IMG/VR virus record: IMGVR_UViG_3300037294_000266
Span: 186,001 to 250,000 of that record
Reading direction: 5' to 3' (one strand)
Length of the DNA: 64,000 nucleotides
Every line of letters begins with the position of its first letter. Position 1 is the stretch's first letter. This document shows, piece by piece, positions 1 to 8,725 of the stretch. The notes under the pieces are model-generated. The model did no database searches and was not told where the DNA came from. It worked only from the letters and a program-made list of their open reading frames with translations. The translations under genes and the position numbers were made by a program.

Positions 1-20
1 TCAAGCTGTAAGGCTTGGCG

Positions 21-75
21 AAAAAGAAAAAAAGAACGGATGGAGAGGGAGCCGAAAGGCTCCCTCTTTATGCCG
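21..75. terminator. Bidirectional hairpin terminator (U-tract on - strand, TATGCCG tail on + strand)
   Basis: Stem AGAGGGAGCC-GAAA-GGCTCCCTCT (44-67), A-tract 21-36, TATGCCG 69-75; directly downstream of the - strand gene ending at 80. Confidence 0.75.
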
Positions 76-79
76 CCGG

Positions 80-1129
80 TTACGAAACGTACGTCAGAAC
101 AAACGGACGTAGATGTTTGGCATCTACCATGAAGGCAGTGCCATCTTCAGTGCGAGTCAAGTGCGACCCAATGGTTACCAGCCCACGCCCTGCACGAGTA
201 GAGTCTGCCTTCTTGACGATGAACTTCTTCTCTACCGCATCAAAATCACTGATGCGATAAAGCTCTTTCTCACCTTCGACTTCAACGTACTGATGGAACT
301 GAGGAATCCATGACAACCGCGCTGTATCAGCAACCTGCGGCTTTTCCTGGAACCCAGTGAGCATGGTGACGAAGAACATCGCCGTCACTGTACTGGTCTT
401 GAACTCAGGTACCGTCATTACAGGAGATGCCCGACCTGTGTTCTCACACACGCGGTAGTAGTGGCAGTTGGAGTCATGACGAAGGAACGTAATGAGCTGC
501 TCGCCATTGACTTCTGAAATCGCCACATCGACCGAATCGCCAGGGAAGCGCATGCCCTGCTTATCAATGATCGAATAGGCTGCTTTGATCCAACGGCCTT
601 CCATCAGATGCTGAAGGTATTCGAATGAAGCAACGTCGTCGAACGTAACGCGATAAGTATCGCCACGATCACCATCAAGGTTAACCTGATGGCGAGCAGG
701 GCGTTGCATCGCGTTGCCATGTTTAACAGCGGCAGTCGGAACGGTGGCCGGATCGTCACCGAATGCCTTAAGGACATCTTCAGCGACGTTACTTGCAGCA
801 GGTACCCACTTGAAGCTGAACACCGCATAGATAGGACCTGCAAGCGAAGGATAGGCCATCACGGTCCCACAAGCCACCACAATCATCCAATGCTCGACTT
901 TCCCGTCGGCTACGGTAGTGAGGACCAGTTTGCGATGTTTATTGCCCGACTCCAGTGTGACAATATTGACCTCAGAGTCTTTCGTTAAATTAACAGCGGC
1001 AGCGGTCGTCTGACAACGCACATAGCCGTATTCTTCACACTGCTTGAAAAATGCGTCGAACGAGTTATTGCTAACGAACTTACCGTCGTTAAGTTGTTTG
1101 AAAGTGCCTTTACCAGTAGAAGCTGTCAT
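80..1129 (-). CDS. Hypothetical early protein (349 aa)
   Basis: Long ORF, SD GAGAGGAA upstream, early-promoter motif at 1176-1205; no recognisable domain. Confidence 0.8.
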   Translation of the reverse strand: MTASTGKGTFKQLNDGKFVSNNSFDAFFKQCEEYGYVRCQTTAAAVNLTKDSEVNIVTLESGNKHRKLVLTTVADGKVEHWMIVVACGTVMAYPSLAGPIYAVFSFKWVPAASNVAEDVLKAFGDDPATVPTAAVKHGNAMQRPARHQVNLDGDRGDTYRVTFDDVASFEYLQHLMEGRWIKAAYSIIDKQGMRFPGDSVDVAISEVNGEQLITFLRHDSNCHYYRVCENTGRASPVMTVPEFKTSTVTAMFFVTMLTGFQEKPQVADTARLSWIPQFHQYVEVEGEKELYRISDFDAVEKKFIVKKADSTRAGRGLVTIGSHLTRTEDGTAFMVDAKHLRPFVLTYVS

Positions 1130-1175
1130 GTTGGTGTTCCTCTCAGGTGGTTAGGGTTGTATATTCAACTCTATC

Positions 1176-1205
1176 ATGTATCCGTAAAACAAATTCGAAT
1201 CGACA
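1176..1205 (-). promoter_or_regulatory. Putative early (virion RNAP) promoter
   Basis: + strand ATGTATCCGTAAAACAAATTCGAATCGACA matches the ATGTAT-N12-TTCGAATCG motif also at 3387, 4508, 62624 and 62876, always upstream of - strand genes. Confidence 0.65.
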
Positions 1206-1231
1206 TAAAGGCCGGCATCGGCCGACCCTAG

Positions 1232-1618
1232 TCAATGAACCTGAGTATGCACTGGATAGTCAAAGACCACCCATCCCTTCGCAGTACGTACCGCCCAGTC
1301 ATTACTCGACCATGTTCTCTTCACATCTCTGCCGTACGGCGTAGCGTGTTTTAGAGGAGGTTGGAGGTTGTTGCGATTCTTGACGAGGTCCAGGATAAAC
1401 GAGCCTGTCCTGATAACGATCCTGATATCTAGAATCGCCTCATTGCTGTCCATGGCGCGTATATCTAAATATCCCTCACTACCATGGCCGTGAATACCGT
1501 TGTCGTCTTCTACAGCCCTTAGAAGAGCTTCCAGGGCTGTATGATTGAAGGCTGACTCGATGGAATCACGCTCACCATCATAAGGAGTGATATACGCACT
1601 CTTTATCTGAACTGTCAT
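1232..1618 (-). CDS. Hypothetical protein (128 aa)
   Basis: ORF with ATGA overlap to the upstream gene. Confidence 0.65.
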   Translation of the reverse strand: MTVQIKSAYITPYDGERDSIESAFNHTALEALLRAVEDDNGIHGHGSEGYLDIRAMDSNEAILDIRIVIRTGSFILDLVKNRNNLQPPLKHATPYGRDVKRTWSSNDWAVRTAKGWVVFDYPVHTQVH

Positions 1619-2157
1619 GTGTCTTTACTGCCATCGATGACCTTGAAACGTGCTCGCCGTATTTTCTTTTCTTCTGCTGCTATAGCGGTACGGTTAGCAA
1701 GTTCAGCATGCAGTGTTTCACCGACTGTAATAAACGACAGCGCAGAAAGAACGCTACACAGGTCTTCCACCGGATAGAAAACAAAGGCTTCGCCATTATC
1801 AACCATCTGAACATCACCGGCTGCATCCTCCCCCAAGGAATAATCAGGCATGACATTGAATCGATTCTCATCGAGACCGACATCAATGATCATTACATCG
1901 ACAACGCCTTCGTAATCTAGAAACACGATCCGAAGCCGGTAGTCGTAAATATCCCAAGGTGAATTAAAGAACGTGATGTCGATAGAGTCGTTATCAGGAT
2001 CGTCTTCATCAATGACAGATGTATTCCCAACGTAGCTAGGTGCTGAGCCGAGCTGATACCGCCAGACCTCACTACCTACGATTGCTTTATCGATTCGATC
2101 ACGGATTCCTCGGATTGCTCCAACGAACGCACTCTCCATAACAACACATTTACTCAT
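1615..2157 (-). CDS. Hypothetical protein (180 aa)
   Basis: ORF with SD GAGGT. Confidence 0.75.
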   Translation of the reverse strand: MSKCVVMESAFVGAIRGIRDRIDKAIVGSEVWRYQLGSAPSYVGNTSVIDEDDPDNDSIDITFFNSPWDIYDYRLRIVFLDYEGVVDVMIIDVGLDENRFNVMPDYSLGEDAAGDVQMVDNGEAFVFYPVEDLCSVLSALSFITVGETLHAELANRTAIAAEEKKIRRARFKVIDGSKDT

Positions 2158-2169
2158 GACTACCTCGAT

Positions 2170-2191
2170 GAGGGTATGACGTCATACCCTC
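2170..2191. repeat. Perfect 22-bp palindrome GAGGGTATGACGTCATACCCTC
   Basis: Self-complementary intergenic sequence between two - strand genes. Confidence 0.8.
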
Positions 2192-2200
2192 TGACCATTG

Positions 2201-2719
2201 CTACTTCTGACTGATAGACGCCAAGTTAACAAAACGACGCCGGGTCATGTGGAGTTCCGGTTTAGTTTCGTCTTTGGTAATGTTATCAATGCGCTTCGTC
2301 AGCGCTGTCAGAGCTTTGCTTTGGTTACGGGTGGTGCGAGGAGAGTTCAGACGACGACTGATGTAAAAGCCCATGCCGCACGACGTCAAGGTGATGAGGT
2401 ACGCTTTGATCTTCGGATCTTCAGTGATCTCGATGCCCATCCCAGCACGCTCTTCTTCACTGAGAGCTACCAGTTCGAGAACTGCTTGCTTATGCTCACG
2501 CACCAGATCGTCAATTCGTTTCTGCAATGGCGCTGCTAACGAGCAACCGTAGAAGAACTTATCGTCACCGTGAATAACTTTATCACGAGCGCGGGTGCGT
2601 ACTTCGCTTTGGTTAATCAGATCATCCGTCATCACCAGACGGAAGTAGAAACCTTTGCTCAGGAACTCAGTGGACAATTCCTTGAACTCAGTAGCTAGAA
2701 ACTGATTATCTGTACTCAT
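2201..2719 (-). CDS. Hypothetical protein (172 aa)
   Basis: ORF with SD AGGGG. Confidence 0.75.
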   Translation of the reverse strand: MSTDNQFLATEFKELSTEFLSKGFYFRLVMTDDLINQSEVRTRARDKVIHGDDKFFYGCSLAAPLQKRIDDLVREHKQAVLELVALSEEERAGMGIEITEDPKIKAYLITLTSCGMGFYISRRLNSPRTTRNQSKALTALTKRIDNITKDETKPELHMTRRRFVNLASISQK

Positions 2720-2740
2720 TGTGGACCCCTAGTCAATGCC

Positions 2741-2788
2741 AGAAAAAAGATACAACATAAACATCCAGCCGCGTTTAGCGGCTGGATG
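2741..2788 (-). terminator. Hairpin terminator
   Basis: CATCCAGCCGC/GCGGCTGGATG stem followed on - strand by TTTATGTTGTATCTTTTTTCT. Confidence 0.7.
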
Positions 2789-2806
2789 CAGGCCTGGGCG
2801 TTGTGA

Positions 2807-3286
2807 TTACTTAGCGAACGAGGTCGCGAAGCTTTCACTTACGTAGGTCAGTACGCGCTTCAGATCGCCACGCTTGGCATTGGCGCCGGAGTCCAGCTTG
2901 ACGGATACAGAACCAAACTTCTCTTTCTCTTCGCCAGTGGTCGGCACGCGAACCATCTGAACGCGATCAACCGCAGCGCGGATGACGTCAGCGCCGAATT
3001 CAAGGGATGCAGTGGCACGAGCCATGTCAGCATTCTTCTTCATGGCAGGGAGAGCAGCGTTGCCCAGACCCAGAGCCAAACCGCCGGCGAAGGTGGCTTC
3101 GGTGTCTTGAACCAGACGCACGGTTTCCAGAGTCAGCTCTTCGTTACCGCTGGCCAAAGCCAGGTTGTCTTTAACGAAGGTTTCCGGAATTACGGCAGCG
3201 CCGTCATCGTCAAACGAGAGTGCTGCTTCGACTGCTGCACCGACCAATTTGATCTTTTCGTCGACTTTGTTGAGAGCTTCGCTCAT
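2807..3286 (-). CDS. Hypothetical protein (159 aa), probably highly expressed early gene
   Basis: Strong SD AGGAGT, own promoter motif (3387) and terminator (2741-2788). Confidence 0.8.
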   Translation of the reverse strand: MSEALNKVDEKIKLVGAAVEAALSFDDDGAAVIPETFVKDNLALASGNEELTLETVRLVQDTEATFAGGLALGLGNAALPAMKKNADMARATASLEFGADVIRAAVDRVQMVRVPTTGEEKEKFGSVSVKLDSGANAKRGDLKRVLTYVSESFATSFAK

Positions 3287-3386
3287 TGGTGTACTCCTAG
3301 GATTGAAATATTGATCAACACGTGTTAGCGCACATCAGTAGCCCGTATCGTTTTATTTTACGATAGTGCCTGTATACAACTTGATA

Positions 3387-3416
3387 ATGTATCTTTCTAA
3401 AAACATTGAATTGAAT
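3387..3416 (-). promoter_or_regulatory. Putative early promoter (degenerate copy)
   Basis: ATGTAT-CTTTCTAAAAAC-ATTGAATTG, same spacing as the consensus. Confidence 0.55.
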
Positions 3417-3428
3417 CCGTAAAACAAC

Positions 3429-3464
3429 AAAAAAGAAAAGACCCGGTTAAGGGGGTCTTTTCTT
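3429..3464 (-). terminator. Intrinsic terminator of the small-membrane-protein operon
   Basis: AAGAAAAGACCC/GGGTCTTTTCTT stem with U-tract on - strand. Confidence 0.7.
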
Positions 3465-3475
3465 ACAGCCCAGAC

Positions 3476-3715
3476 TTACGCCTGTTCTGCGGCACTATCA
3501 GCCAGATCTTTAACCACTTTGTTGAGAGCATCCTCAACCACAGCAGGTACATCGATCTGAAGGGCCTTACGGGCCTTGTAACGGCGGCGCAGGTAAACAC
3601 CACCACCAATGGTGGCACCAGTGCCAACAACGATGCCAGTGGCCGCCAGGGGATTTGCTTTGACTGCTTCGATAACTACTTGAGCAGCTGCTTTAACGGT
3701 TTCGAGAAAAGCCAT
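3476..3715 (-). CDS. Small single-pass membrane protein (79 aa)
   Basis: SD AGGAGA; hydrophobic Gly-rich segment LAATGIVVGTGATIGGGVYL followed by RRRYK. Confidence 0.75.
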   Translation of the reverse strand: MAFLETVKAAAQVVIEAVKANPLAATGIVVGTGATIGGGVYLRRRYKARKALQIDVPAVVEDALNKVVKDLADSAAEQA

Positions 3716-3768
3716 GATGTGATCTCCTGATCAGTAGGGTATTGCATTAAGAGGGTTGGGTGTTGCAC

Positions 3769-3915
3769 TTAGCAGCGAGTCGCGCCGCGAAGCTTCTTTT
3801 GTTGCTTAGCGTTATAACGATCGGCAATGATACCGATTACCGCGAGTGTCAGCGTAAACACCGTAACGATGCCTACGTCAATCATACAACCGTACTCAGC
3901 GTAGGCAGCGAACAT
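3769..3915 (-). CDS. Small membrane protein (48 aa; not in ORF track)
   Basis: MFAAYAEYGCMIDVGIVTVFTLTLAVIGIIADRYNAKQQKKLRGATRC; SD AAGGAG; TM plus basic tail. Confidence 0.65.
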   Translation of the reverse strand: MFAAYAEYGCMIDVGIVTVFTLTLAVIGIIADRYNAKQQKKLRGATRC

Positions 3916-3919
3916 GGTG

Positions 3920-4051
3920 TTACTCCTTGGATTCAGAACGTGAAGCTTTGAGGAATTCGTTTTCTTTACGGAGAGCTTTACGCTCTTCGCTGTTAGACTT
4001 CAGATACCACCCGGCTGCGAAGCCACAGATGAGGATGAATACTTCTTTCAT
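3920..4051 (-). CDS. Small membrane protein (43 aa; not in ORF track)
   Basis: MKEVFILICGFAAGWYLKSNSEERKALRKENEFLKASRSESKE; SD AAGGAG. Confidence 0.7.
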   Translation of the reverse strand: MKEVFILICGFAAGWYLKSNSEERKALRKENEFLKASRSESKE

Positions 4052-4062
4052 GTCAATACTCC

Positions 4063-4446
4063 TTAAGCGAGGTGGCGAAGCATTTCTTCGCCAGTGATGA
4101 GGGTGATGGCTGCAACAGTTGCAGCACCTTCAGGACCAACGTTGTCCATCCATTCTTTAAAGCCTTCCATAACAGACTTGACAACCGAGCCGTCTGGGTC
4201 ATCTATTTCAGAGAACAGAACCCCATTGCGAACTACACCATCTTTCAGGATGGCAGACGGATCTTTAACAAACTTATCAACAGCCATCTGTACAACTTCT
4301 TCAACCACCAGCTCGGAGTTGATGTACGGTGCTGCAAGATCCATCATGATCTGTGTACGGCCGGCAAGTTGTGCAGATACCTTGATGTCGCCGATAGCCA
4401 TAGCAACGGCGGTAGTCAAAGACAGTGCGAGGATTTGGTTTTTCAT
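4063..4446 (-). CDS. Hypothetical early protein (127 aa), hydrophobic N-terminus
   Basis: SD GGAGA; first gene after the 4508 promoter motif. Confidence 0.8.
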   Translation of the reverse strand: MKNQILALSLTTAVAMAIGDIKVSAQLAGRTQIMMDLAAPYINSELVVEEVVQMAVDKFVKDPSAILKDGVVRNGVLFSEIDDPDGSVVKSVMEGFKEWMDNVGPEGAATVAAITLITGEEMLRHLA

Positions 4447-4507
4447 TTTATTTCTCCAGATAGAAATGGGTAATTGGATAGGTTAGTTGTCCTATCTCAC
4501 CCTAGTC

Positions 4508-4537
4508 ATGTATTGTTGAAATAAATTCGAATCGTAT
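4508..4537 (-). promoter_or_regulatory. Putative early promoter; exact 30-bp repeat of 62624-62653
   Basis: ATGTATTGTTGAAATAAATTCGAATCGTAT is identical at both loci. Confidence 0.75.
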
Positions 4538-4544
4538 TTCTAGA

Positions 4545-4578
4545 CGGCATACAGGGAGAGCCGAAGCTCTCCCTGTAT
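4545..4578 (-). terminator. Hairpin-TATGCCG terminator ending the head/vRNAP operon
   Basis: ATACAGGGAGAGC-CGAA-GCTCTCCCTGTAT, read on - strand into TATGCCG; no U-tract. Confidence 0.7.
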
Positions 4579-4586
4579 ATTTCGAC

Positions 4587-5840
4587 TTACTGCTCAGACT
4601 TTACAATCTTCTCAGCAGCGGCATTACATTCGCGGATGATGGTAGACATGATCGTGAAACTGGTGTTGATAGCACTCCAGCCCATGCGATCCATCTCAGT
4701 AATGGCGCGAACCATTTGAGCGTCTTTTACGCCATCTTTCAAAGCAGTGACCATTTCTTTGTGAGCAGTCCACTTACGGGCTGATTCTGAACGATGACCG
4801 TAAGCTTTCTTAGCCGCAGACACAATGTTCTTCAGGCCAGCGATGAGATCATCGATCTTAACCGGCTGTTTCTTTGCACTGCCGATTGTGAAGTATATCA
4901 GACCAGAACCACCCAATAGTGCTTCGACCAAAAGGCCTTTGTGGAGTTTACGCCACGATACGTCGACGTCGGTGGTGGTATTCCAAGAACCGAATGAAGC
5001 AGGTACCTTCACAGCCTTAGCTGACATCTGTAATTTACGGTTACCCATTACAGATTTGTTCTTACCGATGTCAAGTAGATCATCGGCTGGACTTTTCATG
5101 GCGGAAATTGCTTTGATCGCAGCAGCAAGTTCACCTTCGTTATCACCATTGACTTTCTTGGCGATTTCAGAGGCTTTCTTGGCATTGTCAATCGCTTGAC
5201 TGCCAAATTTAGACAGCAGCTCAACTACTTCGCCGGTGTTCATGGCAGCTTTTGAAGGTGAAGTGAATGTACCATCCACGGTGAAGGCATTGATCATGGT
5301 TGTGAACAATGCTGCGAAACCATGGCGATATTCAACTTTTGCGCCGGCGAGCTTTTCCAACTCTTTGATGTTGGCTTCCAGCTCAGGGATCTCACGACCC
5401 ATCATGCTGACTTTATCCCACATGTCCGACAGCGCAAAACCTTCCATCGACGCAACTTGAGCGCTTTCAAGAGCAGCTACAAAATGGTTGATATTGCCAA
5501 CGACGGTCTCGGCATTGAAGCTGTGAGTACTTTCCATCGAAGCCACGTCCATGGCGCCGCCGTAGCGGTGCGCAACAGCGTTCACCAGCGCTACGGCGCT
5601 TTCAAGACTGGCTGTAGGAACTTCAGCGCCATCGGCGGAAGCGGCGGTAAGGACGGCAGCAGTGTTCTGAAGAATACTGATGTCAGCATCGACTTCAACA
5701 CTTTCCTGGAAGACCGACTGAGGGGTCGTCGGGTTCGACTCTTCGAGATGATCTTCGATCACAATCTCAACTTCGCCGTAAGGTTTCTCAACGTTTTCCA
5801 TAGAAACGTGCAGTGCCGCTAAAAGTGCTGGGTTTTTCAT
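4587..5840 (-). CDS. Virion head/internal protein with protease-cleaved propeptide
   Basis: Acidic N-terminal region with repeated S/A-x-E sites (VSME, ASLE, ASME x2), typical of phiKZ-like head proteins; downstream of the prohead protease. Confidence 0.7.
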   Translation of the reverse strand: MKNPALLAALHVSMENVEKPYGEVEIVIEDHLEESNPTTPQSVFQESVEVDADISILQNTAAVLTAASADGAEVPTASLESAVALVNAVAHRYGGAMDVASMESTHSFNAETVVGNINHFVAALESAQVASMEGFALSDMWDKVSMMGREIPELEANIKELEKLAGAKVEYRHGFAALFTTMINAFTVDGTFTSPSKAAMNTGEVVELLSKFGSQAIDNAKKASEIAKKVNGDNEGELAAAIKAISAMKSPADDLLDIGKNKSVMGNRKLQMSAKAVKVPASFGSWNTTTDVDVSWRKLHKGLLVEALLGGSGLIYFTIGSAKKQPVKIDDLIAGLKNIVSAAKKAYGHRSESARKWTAHKEMVTALKDGVKDAQMVRAITEMDRMGWSAINTSFTIMSTIIRECNAAAEKIVKSEQ

Positions 5841-7147
5841 TTCTTCTCTTCCTTTACAGTCTTCTTCAAGACATCATTGGCGATCATGGTGATGTTGCGA
5901 TAAACATAAGAAGCGTGGTCTTCCATCATGGTGGCCAGCGACTTACCCAGGAACATGTATTGCGAAACGCTACGACGAGCAGACCGGTGCAGAGCACGAA
6001 GTTCTCGTAACCGAACAGCGTTCTCAGTAGACGACTTCTCAGTATTGACATGATCGTACGCGTCGTCCATGTCGCCTGAGAGGCGTTGTACCTTCTCACT
6101 CATAGTGGCAGCCATCTGAGCGAACTTAACCGCTCTGGTGTTCAGGTTGATGGCCTGGTCAAGACATTTGATAAATGCATTGACATCAGTTTCACCGCCA
6201 GACGCTTTAATCTGGCCAGTGACCTGCTTCTTAGCCAAGACGATGTTAATGCCAACCACCCCTTTGACTGACTTAACTTCACCACCCACCGAGAAACCAT
6301 GGATTGACTTTTTAGCCAATTTAGTAACTAGGTTGTTTTCATCTTTCTCTTTGGTAGAGAACTTCCAAGCCGACGCCGTCGCCTTAAATGTTGGATAACC
6401 GCGTTTATCAAGATAGACCACACGATTGCCAAGCAGATGAAATTTAGTAAGGTCAGTAAACTCTGTACGATCCAGGATTTGCTCGTCGAAATAATCGATC
6501 GCATCACGGATGTTCTCATTGGAGTCTGAGTTACAAGCCTCACGGAAACGCTTGCCAAAGTCAGTTGATTTCTCAGCCATGACTTTATAATGCTTTTCCA
6601 ACGCATCAATGAACTTGAGGTCTTCGTCGATGCAGGTGACAATGTTCTTAACCGGCTTATTATCACGGGTCAGGAAGGTGTACGCGCTGGCTGTGTCAAT
6701 CATCACAGGACGTGCAACGATATCGTCCTTATGTTCACTGATCCGCCCACGGATGTTCACAAGATCTTTACCGAATGTCTTCAGGTTCAAGGTGATTGAA
6801 TTGAAGGTGCGTTTCAGTTCTTGGATTAAATTCGATTCCATGGAAGGGCTGTTAAGCATCTCCATGGTGGCACTGATCTCATCGGACAGAGCTAGGCCAG
6901 TCACCGCATTGCCTGTGGCAATCTCACGGTGGTTAGCGCGCCAGTCACGGTATGTCTGTTCTGCTTCCAGAACATCCACCACCGATCCGTCTGCCATGGT
7001 CATCTGTTCTACACAGCTTTCCAAGACAATACGACTGTCAGCAATATCTGCCATTTCTGAGATAACTGGCAAAGCAGGAGCCAGAGTTGCCTCTGACTCC
7101 AGTTGCTCAGCAGCACCCACCAACATCGAGTTGATGGTACCTTGCAT
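5837..7147 (-). CDS. Virion head/internal protein, likely paralogue of the adjacent gene
   Basis: Acidic propeptide ending PSME; (L/M)GNR motif shared with the neighbour; operon context. Confidence 0.65.
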   Translation of the reverse strand: MQGTINSMLVGAAEQLESEATLAPALPVISEMADIADSRIVLESCVEQMTMADGSVVDVLEAEQTYRDWRANHREIATGNAVTGLALSDEISATMEMLNSPSMESNLIQELKRTFNSITLNLKTFGKDLVNIRGRISEHKDDIVARPVMIDTASAYTFLTRDNKPVKNIVTCIDEDLKFIDALEKHYKVMAEKSTDFGKRFREACNSDSNENIRDAIDYFDEQILDRTEFTDLTKFHLLGNRVVYLDKRGYPTFKATASAWKFSTKEKDENNLVTKLAKKSIHGFSVGGEVKSVKGVVGINIVLAKKQVTGQIKASGGETDVNAFIKCLDQAINLNTRAVKFAQMAATMSEKVQRLSGDMDDAYDHVNTEKSSTENAVRLRELRALHRSARRSVSQYMFLGKSLATMMEDHASYVYRNITMIANDVLKKTVKEEKK

Positions 7148-7933
7148 TTACCACCTCCACGAAGAAGGGACAACTGAACGAATAGGACGTTCAATGTCCG
7201 AGATGAGCGTGATCAGATTGCTGCTCTGACTTTCAAAGCTTACGCCTTCGCCAAACCCCACCTTAGGCAAACGAGCGACTTCGCTGCGCAGCACGTCGGT
7301 GAAGAATGCATGTTCAAGCTCAGCGCATTCGATAACGTCGCCAGCCAAACTTTCCAACGAGGCCGTGTGATACTTCGACGACTTAGCGATGCCAGGTTCG
7401 TTGATGGTATCGTAGGTCACGATCTTCTTGAGGAATTTGGTCTTGATGCCGTTAACAACGCGGTCATCGGTGAACGACCGAACGGAGAAGCACACGTCTT
7501 CATCGCGGTTCTCAAGTTGACGATCAAACCAAGTACTTTCTTTACCAGACGCTTTGACCTCACCAATCACCATAGTGACAGCACGGCCTTTCTCGTCAGT
7601 ACCGGCTTCCAGTCGCATGCGACGAATGTGGAAGCACACGTTAGGTTCGTAGATGTCGTTTACACGACTGAACCATTCGAGCTGACTCATGCCAGGACGA
7701 TAACGTGGATGACCACATTCGCCACGCAGGCGAGCAGTCTCAATCATGCGCATCATGCCACCCGAACCTTCGAGTAGACGACGGCCTTCGGCTTCGCTGT
7801 ACAGCCAGCCTTGAGCGTTGAATGCACCCAGTGCACCCAGACGGACTTCGTAATAACCGTTGTCGAGTTTCTTAAGGTCCCCAACCTTATTCTGACCCTG
7901 CAACACACTACATTGATAGACAATACGTTCCAT
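7148..7933 (-). CDS. Prohead maturation protease (T4 gp21 / phiKZ gp175-like)
   Basis: Catalytic motifs LRGECGHP (His), CFSVRS (Ser), YDTINEPG; C-terminal ASLE self-cleavage site. Confidence 0.88.
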   Translation of the reverse strand: MERIVYQCSVLQGQNKVGDLKKLDNGYYEVRLGALGAFNAQGWLYSEAEGRRLLEGSGGMMRMIETARLRGECGHPRYRPGMSQLEWFSRVNDIYEPNVCFHIRRMRLEAGTDEKGRAVTMVIGEVKASGKESTWFDRQLENRDEDVCFSVRSFTDDRVVNGIKTKFLKKIVTYDTINEPGIAKSSKYHTASLESLAGDVIECAELEHAFFTDVLRSEVARLPKVGFGEGVSFESQSSNLITLISDIERPIRSVVPSSWRW

Positions 7934-7943
7934 AGCGGAATCC

Positions 7944-8684
7944 TTACGTTCGGAGTATTTTCTCTGTACGCTCTACCCGAGTACCTGGGTTAACGATGGC
8001 AGATGTCATGCCCTCGTCAAAGCGAGAACCTGAGATTTTTGCAATTGTATTCGTGGCACCGTAACTGACGTTACGCAGAGGAATGACCGTAGGTGGATTA
8101 GCAATGATGTCTTCGTACGTCTCTACCGTCTGACGATAATAACGGCGAAGATCCTCACCATCTCGACAAATGGCGCTGGCAATGATTTCCATCACCGTAG
8201 GGGTTCTACCTACCCGCACCCCTGCATGTTTCAGGGATGTAGAGAAAAGGGCACCAATCTCCTGATAGGTCATGTACCATGGGACTCGTCCCTTAGCAAT
8301 GATCTCGTCGTAGATTCGATAAAGGAGGTTGTCAATCTTTACCAGGTCCTGACTACAGATAACCCGATCACCGGGCTCGTAGTGCATTTCGATGTATTCG
8401 ACGTCGTCGATTACAGCGGTGCCGACCAGAGTGGGTTCACTCCGTAACGGTGCACAGATCTTCGATGACGCATAGTACTGATCATCGACAACAATGGCAC
8501 AGATCCCAACAAAAGTGATTTCTTCTTCGAACGTGGCTAGATCGCGCTGCGGGAATCGAGAGGGGATATACACCTTGAGAGGCTTGCGCGCCACGAAGGA
8601 GCCTTCTGCTGTCTTCTCGATCGCCTTGTGCACGCGGCCTGCGTCACGGATAAACTTACTCGACTTAATACCCATTGCGGACAT
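7944..8684 (-). CDS. phiKZ gp176-like virion protein, probable vRNAP subunit (beta' C-terminal part)
   Basis: Position between protease and gp177/gp178-like genes; C-terminal end ATNTIAKISGSRFDEGMTSAI resembles the beta' C-terminus; assignment mainly by synteny. Confidence 0.6.
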   Translation of the reverse strand: MSAMGIKSSKFIRDAGRVHKAIEKTAEGSFVARKPLKVYIPSRFPQRDLATFEEEITFVGICAIVVDDQYYASSKICAPLRSEPTLVGTAVIDDVEYIEMHYEPGDRVICSQDLVKIDNLLYRIYDEIIAKGRVPWYMTYQEIGALFSTSLKHAGVRVGRTPTVMEIIASAICRDGEDLRRYYRQTVETYEDIIANPPTVIPLRNVSYGATNTIAKISGSRFDEGMTSAIVNPGTRVERTEKILRT

Positions 8685-8725
8685 CCTGATGATAGCCGAG
8701 GGACAATGTCCCTCGGCTCATTTAC

